DNA from: Dicyema japonicum
Lineage: Eukaryota; Animalia; Dicyemida
Reading direction: 5' to 3'
Assembly: GCA_011109175.1 (NCBI GenBank)
Contig: RDEW01000053.1
Span: 186,001 to 250,000 of the forward strand
Length of the DNA stretch: 64,000 bases
The position numbers and the translations under genes are program-made. Positions 51,596 through 64,000 of the stretch are shown here, piece by piece. The notes under the pieces are model-generated. The model did not search any database and had not been told where the DNA came from. It saw only the letters and a program-made list of their open reading frames with translations. Numbering within the stretch: the first letter of the stretch is position 1; each line of letters begins with the position of its first letter.

Positions 51596-53344
51596 GCTTG
51601 GTAGAGAAATGACGTCTAAGTTTTGTTGGAGCCTTAGCACTATTCGCAAGTTTTTCACCACAAACAACACAAAGTGGGAGTGGCCAATCCATGTTCTTAG
51701 TCCATGTGAAACCAAAGGCAATATAACTTTCTCGATACGATCTAACTTTAAGATTTGCACTGTCACAAGATCCATTAGACACGCGCAAATTAAATTAATT
51801 CGTTTTGAAAAATTATTCTTTTGAAAAAAAATATAAAAATTTTTGGAACTTTGCGGAACCTAAGGGTTCCGCGAAACCCAGGTTGGGAACCTCTGGTCTA
51901 GTAGATAAGTAGTTCTTACAGAACATAAAAGGTAGAGATCATGAAATGGAATCCATGATCGATGCCTTATTATTTGAGATTTGTCCAATGACTGTTTCCA
52001 TTCTCCTCCATTTCAGATTCCTCAAATCATTAAGATCTCGAGGTCCCTTAATGCTCCATTACTTGGTATATTGTAAATCCAGAAAGCGAATGTCCATGGA
52101 ATCTTTCCTTAGATGGCACAAAGTAGACCTCTTACTGCATTTACTGATGTTTTGGTCTATTCCGTGGTTAGCAAGATTATTGATCTTCTGGGCATCTTTC
52201 TTTTATCCATCTCGACCACTTCAGTCATAAGGGGGATCGAATTTGTCTCTTCGACCTTAAGATTTTCCATGCACCCGAATTTATTTTATGTATTGCCTCA
52301 TGACCATCCTGTTAATGGCTAAGAGAGTCTTCAACTGACTAAGTAATTCCGGACCGACGGGGAGCATCCTGTATTATCTTTGCATTGGACATGACCTACT
52401 TTGTATTTTGAGCGGATTTCGAGGTACAGTACAACCTCACCCCAATAAAACTCCGGCTTGGAGCACCCTCTATTATGGGGCACTTTTTTTTATAAAGTTC
52501 ATTTTATGATAGATCATTTAATTTCCGACCAATAGAATAATAATAAATAAAAATCATCGACCCCGCTTAATTTTTATTAAATAAAAATTTTATTGATTAT
52601 TCTATATTATAGTCTGGCATTTTTAAACCATAATCTTGTCCATACAATTCTTGAAGTATTTCGAGACAACTTCATCCCAGATAATCCTTACTTGACAGAC
52701 GTAGGGAAGAGTTCTCCTACAAGGAGGTCATATTTGTAACATTCCCCAACTTCAACTTGTCTGTAGCGACCATGTGAAGTACACCCGTTTCGATGAGAGC
52801 TATTATGATCAGCAGTCTTTTTGTTTTTCTTGTATTGATTGCACAACGAGCCATACTTGAGAAAAACAAGTTCGTATCTTGCAATAGGCAGAACAAAGCT
52901 TCACTCCTTGGACTACTATTTCCAGTCCTGGCCACCCACTGAAGGTTTCCACATCGACATTAGGTTCCTCACATTTAATGAGCGCCGAATGTAACGATTT
53001 GATTTTGGTTGTAATTCTTTCTCATCCCCCTCAGGACATTATATATTGTGGCCTTGAGGGACTCAACATTAATATTCTCCTTGTAAAAAATTCCATATTT
53101 AGAGGTAAGAAATCCTGCGATTGTAGCCAAATACCACTTATTAGTTCTAATAACTCACAGAACCCCCAACATTCGTAAAAACAGCCGAATTCTTCTCCAA
53201 GTTTTAAGAATAGAATGTTCACTTGAACGTAACCGAACTAATCCTTTCCCAAAGTTAAGTTATTATCGGGGTCATTTAACTGCTATTTCGTAGTCTAATG
53301 AATCACCTCTTTTCACAGATCGAATTAAAAATTATTAAATTAAA

Positions 53345-53665
53345 ATTTACTAACTCCAGATATAGCGAGAGAGAAGTTAACAGTAGACAACTAGTTAAGT
53401 GTATCCAGTTTTCCGTGGTACGAGAGTCCTTCAACGTACACAGGACATCCGGAACCAGCATAAAAGGTCAAAGGAGTCCATTCCTTGAAGTTGTGGGAAC
53501 ACCTCCAGTGGAGTGGGAAAGAGCAAATGATCCTTTTACGTGCCAGCCTGGACTGGGCGCCACCTGAGACAGGTGGATCACATGACGCCATCTAGTAGGA
53601 GAAGGAACAGACAAAACAAACAGAAAACCTTAGCTACGTAGCACCCATTGGGCCACGAGGCTATA
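53345..53665 (-). mobile_element. Bipartite non-autonomous derivative of the Vingi-like LINE
   Basis: Minus strand reads 5' hairpin, GGCGTCATGTGATCCACC..GGTGGCGCC..AAAAGGATCATTTGCTCT, then GGATACACTTAACTAGTT. Confidence 0.78.
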
Positions 53666-55286
53666 TTTTGTAATGGAATTTAAAAAATATAAAATTATTA
53701 ATAATATTTAAAACCATTGGAATTAAAAAAATAATTGAGAAAAAAATGTCTATAAAATATTTAATTAAATTAGGGTTCCGAAATGCGCATCGTACAAATT
53801 TCAAGAGAAACCTTGAAAAAAATTCAAAAGTTAAAAGAATTTAGGGATGATACGTTCAATGAAAATAACGAAAAATTTTGTTTTTGTAGACGAACAGGAG
53901 ATCTCAGTGAACGCCTTTGGTCAACAAAACCACTGATTACTCCCATCGCTATATTGACGATCTCATAGATCTCAGGAGATAGTCGTTTTCTTGGATATCA
54001 AATTTTGTTTTTATTAAAAAGATGCGGTAATTTTTAAGTCGATAACGGCAAAGAATTTTTCAATGCCCACATGGAAAAATTATGCCAAAGGTTCTCTAAA
54101 GGATTTTAGAGGCAAGCCAAGGGCTCCTGGATACAAGGCCAAATTGAAGATTCTGGAAGATTCCCCGACAACGTCCATCATTTTAATAACAATATCTTTT
54201 TTTGGTAATGAATCTCGGTTCAAAAAATCAATTCTTTCATCAAAGTAGAGATTTACTGTCCACTTGTTGACTGTGGTCTTCACAAAGCTAACAATCAAGT
54301 GAGATATTCCAGAACATTCCAATACACGAAATAAAAATCCATGGTCAACAGAATCAAGGGCTTCCCTTACATCAAGTCAAACAGAATAAAGGGGTTTTTC
54401 GTCCCCAGCTGAGAAAATAAACCAAACGAATCCACAAAATCTATAATTTATTATTATTATTATTAAATAATAATATTTTGCTCATCAATACAATCTACTC
54501 TATTATTTTTATCCCCTTTTATCTGTTTGACTATCTTTTTGAGCATGCACAGACTATTATTATTAGGCACAGACTCAAACTCTGAATCACATTGAATTGA
54601 ACTGATTTAGGATAAGGCACCATCCAGCCATGTTTTTGTTTCGAAGCATAAACTATCTCAGACACCCATCCAACTTCAGAGACAAAAGTAACATCTTCTA
54701 TGATGGCTAAAGGAACACAAATTAGTTGGCGCAGCATGATTACCAACATTATCGTTTGCGACAATAGGACTGCCAGTCATTCAGCGCCAGCGACGACTGC
54801 CCTGCCTCTACTATACTATTCCGTGCCTCCAAGATCTCCCTGAGATTGAACGTCAAGAGGGAAAAGTCTAGTCATTGAATCCCATGTTTTCCAGACATTG
54901 TATTTAAGTTCCACGTCACCAGCTCAACCAAAAGCTACCCAAGGATTTTTTGTTTTTTCCATGACTGTTGAGATGTCGGGTTTCCTTGCGCCTACAACGT
55001 TGGGATTATTGAGTCGTCTAGGGAATCGGATTTCTGCACGAACAGGAGATCTCAGTGAACGCTGCTTGTTATTTGACCGAATCTCCCTGCCACCCTGAGA
55101 GGGAATAGCCAGGGGGCCACTGTTTGACCCTTCATTTTATTTTGTCACTATAATAGCTATTAAGTAAAAATGTTAATTAATCAAAAAACGGGAAATTAAA
55201 ATCCACGTACAATTAATATAGAAAACAAATCCTACTAGAGAGAAGAAAGATGTAAATCCATAAATTGGGACCATTATTATTGGTGG

Positions 55287-56087
55287 TCAGTTTATAATCG
55301 GGGAACTCAGCATCGTCATTATTATCGGCTAAAATTAGAACCAGTCACTACTCGAAGATTCATAAAGGCACTTCCACTTGTGTTCCAGTGTTTGTGCGCG
55401 TCTAATTGTTAACTTTGACACGTGTCTCAATTTATGAAAATTTATACTCATTAGAATGAACATAAGGATTCATCAAACAATTTTTGTTGCAATCACTCTC
55501 TGTCTCATTGACGTGACTATACCCAAGCACGTGGAATAATTCATGAGACATAATTTCTGCAGTTTTTTCTAGACTGTATCTTTTCAAAACAATTCCCACT
55601 GCCTGAGGAGTGCAGACAGTTCCTACCAATGCGACTCCCGCTGGATATCCACCCAACTGAGGCTTGACAGTAGCATCTCTGAGAATTAGTTTGGATCGAT
55701 ACTCAAAGAATAATACCGCGTCTACCCCATTTGAGTAATTTTGTCTTTGTGCGTACAGAGCGGCATTGAATGGATCAGTTGACGTGCTGTAGCGATTAAA
55801 GTATATTTTTTTAAGTTTCAATTTTATTTTGATTGCGTCAAAATACTGAATTAAGACAAAATATATACTTTCTGTGACACGTGGAACAAGTTTTGTATGT
55901 ACCACCTCATTTGGTATTTATAATAGTTGAAACTTTGTTGCTACACGTTTAATATCAAATGCATACAAATTTGATGTCAAGGACAGTAGAGACCTCCAAT
56001 TGTTTGTCGAAGCGACTACTATCTACGATTGTTTCTAAATAAATTACCCACAAGGATGCAAGGTAGGGCGAAAAACAGAAGATTCAT
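55287..56087 (-). CDS. Small secreted M12B (reprolysin/ADAM-like) zinc metalloprotease
   Basis: Signal-like MNLLFFALPCILV. Introns at 56023-56047, 55941-55966, 55846-55868 and 55426-55447; others are possible and the last exon is uncertain. Motifs GVALVGTVC, HELFHVLGYSH and Met-turn CLMNP. Confidence 0.78.
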
Positions 56088-57034
56088 TTTGAAAAAATTA
56101 AATTCTTTTATAAAGTTGTTTGAAGTTACAATTATTTTTGAAGCGTTAAATATTTATTTAAAAAATAATATGAAATAATTATAAAATAAATAAATAAAAA
56201 TAAATTGATTTGAGGGATTTTGATTTTTCAATTTTTTTAAAGTTTTGTTTATTACTAGCAGCGCAGTTCGCTTAGTTGACCGCTTTCTAGCTTCTGTGGG
56301 AGCCTTCGATGCGTAATTCGCATCGCTCACAACCAGCTACACTCTTCAACCTGGGAGACCTCTTCACGTTTTCTCTACTGCAGTATTGAGCACCAAAATC
56401 TTTTAACATTTAACTGGATTATCAAATATCGATTTAACAGGAAATATGATCTTTCAAGATTTTTAACAAATTAATATGAAATATGATATTTCATGGTTTT
56501 TTGATGTCGTCAAAAATAAACGACTTTCTTCAATAGTCAGGCTGTTCTCTAACTATATGGGGGTCCACGCGGATCTTTGCGTCCGTAAATGGTTGTTGAA
56601 ATTTCCTTCCATTTAAGACATTTATTTTAAAAGAATCCACTGTAGTCAGTTTTTGACTCGTAAGTAACAGTTCAGTTCCTTAACTTAACTTTAGCAACTT
56701 GATTAGCAAGGAAAATTAAAGAGGGAGTTATTTGGCCTCATGCCGCAAGTCCTGCAAACGCTTGGACTATTCTCTGCGCTCTCAGACCCCTCTTATCGTT
56801 TATTCTGTGCTGCAACATACGAGTCAATGATGGCATCTCTTTTTAGGAAGTTTTCCATTTTTTTCTGCTGCATCTCATATCGACATTCAGCTCCTTATTA
56901 CTAGGGAAATTTTTATAGCAGTTAAAATTTAAAATATAGCACTTAAAATAGCATTATAGCATTTAGACCACAAAATAAAAATTTTTAATTTTTGAAATTT
57001 TTTTTGAAAAAAGAAAAAATAAAAAGTAAATATT

Positions 57035-57185
57035 TTTAGTTAAGGGGCAGGATTGTGAAGGTTTTCCCGCTGATCACCGCCATTTCGAGTCTCTGCCCCA
57101 ACCAGAGTATTTCGCGAGGCTCGCAACTCTTTGAAGCAAGCCTTCGTCCGATACTGGAGAGAAATGCATCAAATGACAGGCTCTG
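57035..57185 (-). mobile_element. CRE-like RLE LINE 3' fragment
   Basis: FLSSIGRRL..EPRE..WLGQRLEMAVISG. Confidence 0.6.
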
Positions 57186-57879
57186 TGAATATTTATAAAC
57201 ACAAGAGTTAATTCGGACAGTGTCGATGCATCGATATAACACAATTATTACGCTCCAATATGTCTAGTTTTTTGTTATCTTAGCAGTTAGTCAAGTCTAG
57301 AGCTATTTTGACTTAAAACCCCTAATTGACGAGAATTGACTCCGTTTGACTTTAGCGAATTAAATCAGCAGTGTGAAGCACCTCGTGTATTATTAGCATA
57401 TGAATACTTAGGGTTCCGCTTGTGTCGTACTACCTACAATCCTTTATATTAGTCTTCCTTGTAGAATAGACAGATTGGGAGACAAGGAATTATTACCAAA
57501 AATATAACATCAAAAAAGAGAGGAAAACCAATTAATTAACTGATCATGGGTTTCGAGACATCTGGATGTTTCACCATGGGGTTCTTTTTTCGACAGAATT
57601 TGCTATTTCGTCAGCTTCTATTGAATGAAACGATAGTATTCATGACGTAATGAGGAACTCAGACCTGTATTCCGATTTTACTGGATAACGAGCAAAATTT
57701 ATTTAAAAAAATAAAAACTGAGAAGGATCAAAGCTTTCGTTCCAAAAAATCTGGTTTGCTCTTCCTAACAGAACCCTGACCACATAGAAAGGGTAAATTC
57801 CAGAACATAATTCAATTCAACATAAACGGAGAAGATGGCTTACTGTAAATACCCGGTCAAATTCGAGGATCGAATTTCT

Positions 57880-58098
57880 TAAATTATTATTAATAGCACT
57901 TTCGAAGAACCAAAAAAGTAATTTATTTTTCCGCCTGTGCCGTATTTTTCTTCAGGTTATTCTTTCTCCCACAATTCTCTTAACTAACTTTTTCCATGCT
58001 CACGGTTACTGGCGATTATTCTGAGCGTGTCAAAATCGTCTCCTGTTTTCAGCTTTCGTCTTACATTGGTCAGGTCCTTGTGTATAACCTCTGGCAAA
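57880..58098 (-). mobile_element. RTE 3' fragment
   Basis: Close inverted copy of ~23595-23812. Confidence 0.8.
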
Positions 58099-58241
58099 AT
58101 TTCTTAAATATGCCGGAATAATTTATTTTAATAATTATGATTATTTTAAAATAATTAAATTAAGTATTCGTATTATTTTTAAATTGGTGAGTTTAATTTG
58201 GTTTACTCTTGGGAAGTTAAATAAATAAAAATTAGTCTTGT

Positions 58242-60186
58242 ATGAATTTGAGCACAAAACCGTTGAAGAATCTGGATGAACTACTCAATTGGAGTCCTTC
58301 CGAATTACAATCTTCCTTCGATAATAATAATTTGGGAACTGTTTTTGATAGAAACAAGAAAAATAAAGTCTTATTCTGCCACGACATGATGGGTGGATAT
58401 CTAGAGGACAGGTTGACCGGTTTACTGATGCCAGATTTAACTTTGGCTCTGAGAATGTCGGATATTCCTTCTGTTACTGGCATTTGGTGGACGTTTTCGT
58501 GTACTTCAGTCACCACTTCATAACCATTCCTCCCCTAAACTGGATTCAATCTGCGAAAAACAATTCTACGCCAATATTAGGTACTCTCCTTCTTCACTCA
58601 AGGGACCCTGATCACCGAGGGGATCATTGGCCAAGAAATCTGCTATCGAATGTTCGAAAGCGACTCCGTACTCGAGTCTGTCGTCTCAAAGCTGGTGGAA
58701 ATTGCGAAGGTCTTCAACCTCAGCGGCTGGCTTGTCAACATTGAAAACTCCGTCGTGGTACCCCCATTTAATATAAGAAGAATCGACATGTGCCACGTGT
58801 AGTTATGATGCTCAAATTACTCACCAGTGGTCTAAAACAGTCACCAGTGACCCGATTGTCGTTTGGTACTCGATTGATTCTGGTCAACTTTCCTGGCAGA
58901 ATGAACTCAATGATAGGAATAAGTCGATTTATGTTCTATTTTAGGTTATTTTTGGAAGACGAGGGTGTCTTCATGTTCACCAATTACTGGTGGGACGAAA
59001 GTAACCTGCGGAGAATGAGCACACGGTTCGGACACTTACTAGACAGGATTTTCGTTGGAGTCGACGTCTTTGGTCGCGGAGTTCGTGTTGGGGGACCCGG
59101 ATTTGATATATCCGAGGTTAATCGTGGTCTCATCGAGAGGCTGTGGAACTGATCGGGAAATATAATCTGTCCGTGGCATTATTTGCTCCAGGTTGGACTT
59201 GGGAGACATTCAGGGATGAGGACCTTTATTGGGACATGGAGAAACTGTGGGAGTCAGTCTTATACCTAGATTTTGGGGACAGCTTGCTCAGCTGATGGAA
59301 CCCAGGAGTTATCCGTTGCCGTTTAAATCAAGTTTTTGTCGCGGATTTGGTCGTTCAACGTGGAATCTTGGTAAGGTTTTCTCCGATGTCATTTTTAGAA
59401 AATTGGGGACCAAACTTGGTATCAAATCGGGCTCCAACAGCCTCAGCTGAACTCCTGTCAATTAATATCCTCAGGGGACAGCATTTCCGTTGATTATTCT
59501 GATAGTTTTTCATTTTCTGGGGAAACTGCTTGCGCTTTACGATCCCTAAAACTCCCCACGATCTATGCAAGTTTGTTTGAGAACCAATCCAGGGATATTC
59601 TGAGGATAGTTTCCACAGCTCCTCGACTGGGGATCATTTGCTACTACAGCGTACCTGAGGAATTTGCTTACGACCTGTCGTTCAACGTTTTTTGCAAATC
59701 TGGTGAGTCACTGACCGTAAAAGTGAGGTCACAGTTCAGAATGAGTGAGATCTGGCACAAGAAGTAAACCCGAAGTATATTTTTAGGACTTTTATCGTAT
59801 ATAATGACCACGTGTCTCCCATTAACTCTGTTTCTTGTTGCTGACATCAAAATTCGACGATGGCGAAAAACATGGGGAGACTGAGCTGTTCATGGGACAG
59901 ATAGAGGTAAGGATGACTTTTTTAAATCCGAGATATTTGAGGACTCGGGAGGCCCCTTCCTTGCTTTAATGAATGTCGCTATTCAGTGAACTACTCTCTG
60001 CGTGTTTGGGGGGATCAATTTCTGATGGAGTTTAAAGATTACTCGAATTATAAATATTTCATAATATGGAAAGAGGGGGATGCCATGATTTCTTCGTTTT
60101 TGGAATACTTGGGAAGGACTTTCCTTCCATATTTTGTGGTTGATGCTCCCAAAACGAGATATTTAGTCGAGGGAGTACTATTTTAG
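58242..60186 (+). CDS. ENGASE: Cytosolic endo-beta-N-acetylglucosaminidase (GH85), multi-exon
   Basis: Motifs CHDMMGGYLEDR, FVYFSHHFITIPP, LGTLITE, GWLVNIEN (catalytic NxE), WQNELN, FTNYWW, VGVDVFGRG and ALFAPGW. Introns include 58412-58434 and 58581-58602. 3' exons are less certain. Confidence 0.9.
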
Positions 60187-61149
60187 TGGTTTTTTTATTT
60201 TTTAGTTTTTTTGTCCACGTGACTTTTGGAGTTTATAGCTGTAAGTTCTCAATAAGATCGTTTAGTCAAGAAATTGTAGACTGAGCATTTAGAAATGGTC
60301 CCTGGTTGGGAGAATTTTTGATTCCCAGTGTAGGTGGTCAGTTGGTGTGGTTTTTAGACAGCCAGTAATTATTCTTAGAGCAGTATTGAGTCATTTTCTG
60401 TTGGACCTCAGGCAGGAATAGCACAGTGATCGTTGTTTTGATAAATTGTATGTAGATAGTTGTCAAGCTCTCTTGCTCTGGCCAAATGACGTACCCGCTA
60501 CCGCCCAGAGTACGTTGTGGTTCTGAGATTTTTCGCATACATATGAGGACTTTCATGTGGGTGCCTCCTCGTTGAGAAAACTGCCTGCATTTGTAGCGAA
60601 CAGACCCACTTATTTCTTTTACCGAGCAACTAACAAATAGTTTTCTTGGCAGTGGCTACGGGAGCGCCCTAGTGAATCGATATTAGTTAGTTAAGTAACC
60701 TCACTAACTTGTAAGAGCTCAGCAGCAATTAAGTAGGACGTAGCAAATGACGGTCGCTTTCATAGATCGGTCAGTTTTGGCATTGTATACGAACATTAAA
60801 CTAATTCAGGAAATTAAAAAAGGTGATTTTCTGTCAACTAGGAGAGGTAGCAAAAGGAACAGAGGACATCTTTCATTACATCCAGTTACATTCGTCGGTA
60901 GACAGATGCCCATCAGGTTTACCCGGATGTCCCCCGGAAGAGAATAGTCTGATTGGTCTACTGGAGGAGGAGGCTCAAATCCTCAACTAAGATGCTTACA
61001 AATTAATTTTTATTTTTTAAAAATAAAAATACATAAAAACCAATTAATTTAATGGATCTCCTTAGTCACCAATTTTCTTTAATTTGATTCTGAATGATTT
61101 CCCCGTTCCTATGAATAATAATATAATAACTATTTGTGTTAATTTAACG

Positions 61150-63490
61150 TTCGTCATGTGGTTCGCCGTTTTTGTGACGTAAATTGTGGACTATATATCC
61201 CAGACAAAAGAACCATGCACTACGTCCAATCCAAGATGGATGTCTTTCTTGGAAGGTCGCCCCACTGGCGTCTCTCTTCTGTCTTGATGGAAGCCCACCT
61301 AATGCTTTCCGGCGATGTAAACCCTAATCCTGGACCTCGAAAACCCTTATTTTGATTCAACTAAACATAAATGGAGTGAAAGGGAAAATCCTCGAACTCA
61401 GAAACCTCTGTAAAAAAGTATAATACTGACATTTGCTTTCTCCAAGAAACAAGACTAACTCCGTCTCTAAACGCAAAGCATTCGACATGGTTCAAGAACC
61501 AATTGTAATCAATCTGGATGACCTGGTAATATTAAACAACCCTACATTCAATGCAAAGACTCCCTACAGAGCGAATGACAGGACATCGTCCCCCGATCTC
61601 ACTCTTGCCTATACGAGACCAGCAGTGACCATAATCCCGTTATGATTACGTTTGAAGGAAGAGTGTCAATTGTAAAGAAACCTGTTTTATTTACCGACTA
61701 CAAAAATGTCGACTGGAAAAGTTCTCAAATTTTGTCGACTATTATCTACTTGACTTTCATTTATCCAATTTCAACATCGATAAAGCACTACACTATTTTA
61801 ATAGAGTGGTACGCGAGGGAATGAAAATTTGTATTAAAAGAAGGCCACTGACCTCAAGAAAGAATCTTCTCCAGAGCCGATCCACTCATAAAAAAGAAAT
61901 TACCAAAAAAGCCTCCAAAAATCCTGGGAAACAAGATTAAGAATTCGTACATTAGAAAGAGAGATCAGGAACAATGCAAAGAAGAAACAAGAGAAAGTTT
62001 GAAAAAAACTTCATGTCCAATCTAAACAAGCAGAACTCCCTTACAAAAATGTGGAAAACACTTAGAAGCTTTATTAACGCTGACAACCCACACGATGAAA
62101 TTCTTCCTAAACAAACTTATGAAGTACTACTCCTCCACGAGTTTCAACCCACACAAGAAATTCGAAGGTCCATCCATCCTAGCCCTCAATCCTAAAAGAG
62201 TCACCTCCCCGATTTCTTCTCTGTGGAGAACGTATAGAATATGGTCAAGGGTCAAAAACCGATTTATTCCTGTGGTCCGGACGGAATCCCTGCAATAGTT
62301 CTGAAAATCATAGGCCCTTATGCTATCATGGCCCTCACAAAAATTTCAACTTTTCAATCAACGAAAATTGAATTTCTTCCATTTGGAAGCTATCAAACAT
62401 ACAATCAATTCTGAAACCCGGGCGACCAAAGGGATCATTAGCCTCATGCAGACAAATATCTCTCCAATGTGTTACATCAAAACTTTAGGAAAAGCTGATT
62501 CTTGAACTAATCAAACCATACCTTTGATGCACCTTTTCAACACGGATTCAGAAAAGGCACTCTACAGAAACGCATCTTACATGCCTTACAAATTTCATCA
62601 AGGATGGCTAAAACGCAAACCTCATCAGAAGTCATTGCTCCATCGATATAGAAAAAGCTTTCTACACTGTCCCAAGAAAACTTTTGATAAGGAAGATCTT
62701 TACGTCAAAAATCCCAAACAACCTGAAAATCTGGATTGCTAATTTCCTAAATGGAAGAAGAGGAAGAGTAACTGCTGGAAAAACTAGATCAGTGACCAAG
62801 TTCCTTCCAAATGGGGTCCCTCAAGGATCTCCAATGTCAATACACCTATTCAACCTATTCCTAAATGATATGCCCTCCCTTATTAGTGACGATACTCTGG
62901 TTCTGACATATGCGAATGATATAATCGTCGCAGTCAAAGACCAGTGCGTTAATACTGCTGTATACCGGCTACAAGCTTCATTGGAGGATCTGAACTGTTG
63001 GCTCGTTAAGAACATTCTACATACAAGTCCCGAAAAGTCTTAACGACAATTTTCACAACAAACAGAAAAGTGACAAAATCAGCTCCATATGTAACCATAA
63101 ATAGAAAATAAATCCGTACGACTAACTCGGTCAAGATACTGTGCGTAACATACGAGCCACTCTTGACCTTTAGCAAACACATCGACGACGTCATCTCCTC
63201 GGCACAACGAAAGCTAAATTTTGTTAAAACACTCCTTGGACAATATAAGGGTGTTTCAAATCAAATTTGGACTCGCTCTACGTGCAGCATATTCAACCGT
63301 CTCTAACTACGGGTGTGCTGCATGGGGAACCAATCTATCAAACGCGAATATGGAAAAATCAATACATTCCAAAAATGGCCAGTAAGGCTCTGCAAAGGTT
63401 TTCCCAGACACCTCTAAACCCTACACCATTTGAGGAATTAGTGAGAAAAACCGGAGCCTTATTACCCCCAAAAAAGTTAGAAACCTCCGC
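61150..63490 (+). mobile_element. Degenerate Vingi-like LINE
   Basis: Diverged 5' pseudoknot at 61150-61215, 2A-like LMLSGDVNPNPGP at 61299-61337, APE remnants, and RT GVPQGSPMS..YANDII. Confidence 0.8.
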
Positions 63491-63895
63491 CCAATCCGGA
63501 AATGCATTGGAACCTGTGCGAAAATCGATTAAATGCATGTTCCGGAAAGTCAGCAGTCACTCTATTCACTAAAAATAGAAGGATGGGAACGCAAACAATT
63601 GATTTCACGTTAAATGGAGTACCTATACCACAAAAGAAATCGCAGAAGTTACTGGGAGTAACTTTTGATACTTTCCTCTGTTTCTCAGCCCATGTGGAAT
63701 CCATCATATCAACATGTGCAAAGAAGATCAATTTTGTAAAACCCTTCCTTTGGAACTGTGGAGGAATTTATCCGCCAGTTGTCGGGACCCTCTACAAGCA
63801 GTATATCGATCCAACAATAGGCTATGCATGTGCTGCGTGGGGATCTAACCTGGCGGCAACGAACCTAATAAAAATTCAAGAGATCCAGTCATGAG
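63490..63895 (+). mobile_element. Second LINE RT C-terminal fragment
   Basis: LLGVTFD..FSAHV..LYKQYIDPTIGYACAAWG. Confidence 0.7.
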
Positions 63896-64000
63896 CAGTA
63901 AATTTATTTGAACGATATACAGATAACGAAATTGCCCCGAGAACATTAGAGTCAATCATAGAGTCAACTGAAGGAAATTTCATAAGAGGAGGGAAAAAAG

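Larger units (their letters stand above)
49849..51895 (-). mobile_element. Internally deleted hAT (Buster/Charlie-like) transposon
   Basis: 8-bp TSD GTCTAGTA at 49841-49848 and 51896-51903. TIR CAGAGGTTCCCAACC (degenerate at the left end). BED-finger N-terminus YIAFGF..PLCVVCGEKL..KLRRHFSTKHPE is fused to the C-terminal RHQPSH-stop. Confidence 0.9.

Noticed and set aside
52600-53275. Possible minus-strand micro-intron gene
   Set aside because: Composition looks coding and candidate introns exist, but I could not build a consistent spliced frame or recognise a product.

Overview
AT-rich eukaryotic (animal) genomic DNA using the standard genetic code. Seven compact host genes are recognisable: CCDC105/tektin-like, BAP18, an FMRFamide-receptor-like GPCR, VMA21, TAF8, a minimal secreted M12B metalloprotease and a GH85 ENGase; there is also one orphan 76-aa ORF. 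All seven are split by ultra-short GT-AG introns of about 21-34 nt, an architecture reminiscent of dicyemid mesozoans (inference). The rest is a dense, nested set of transposons. DNA transposons: MULE, hAT (Buster/Charlie-like) and a Tc1-like fragment. Retroelements: RTE, CRE-like and R4-like restriction-endonuclease (RLE) LINEs, Jockey/I-like LINEs, a tRNA-derived SINE, and an Ingi/Vingi-like LINE family. The most notable system is that Vingi-like family. It has a covarying, HDV-ribozyme-shaped but non-canonical pseudoknot wrapped around its start codon, a 2A/StopGo motif upstream of the endonuclease, a conserved G-I-T-stop/TTAGTT 3' end, and ~300-bp bipartite non-autonomous derivatives that keep only the two ends. 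Other signals are micro-introns inside transposases, two reciprocal triple-nested insertions with readable TSDs, LTR-like repeats bracketing LINE fragments, and roughly 4-fold enrichment of CACGTG. All assignments were made by eye from motif recognition; no searches were run.
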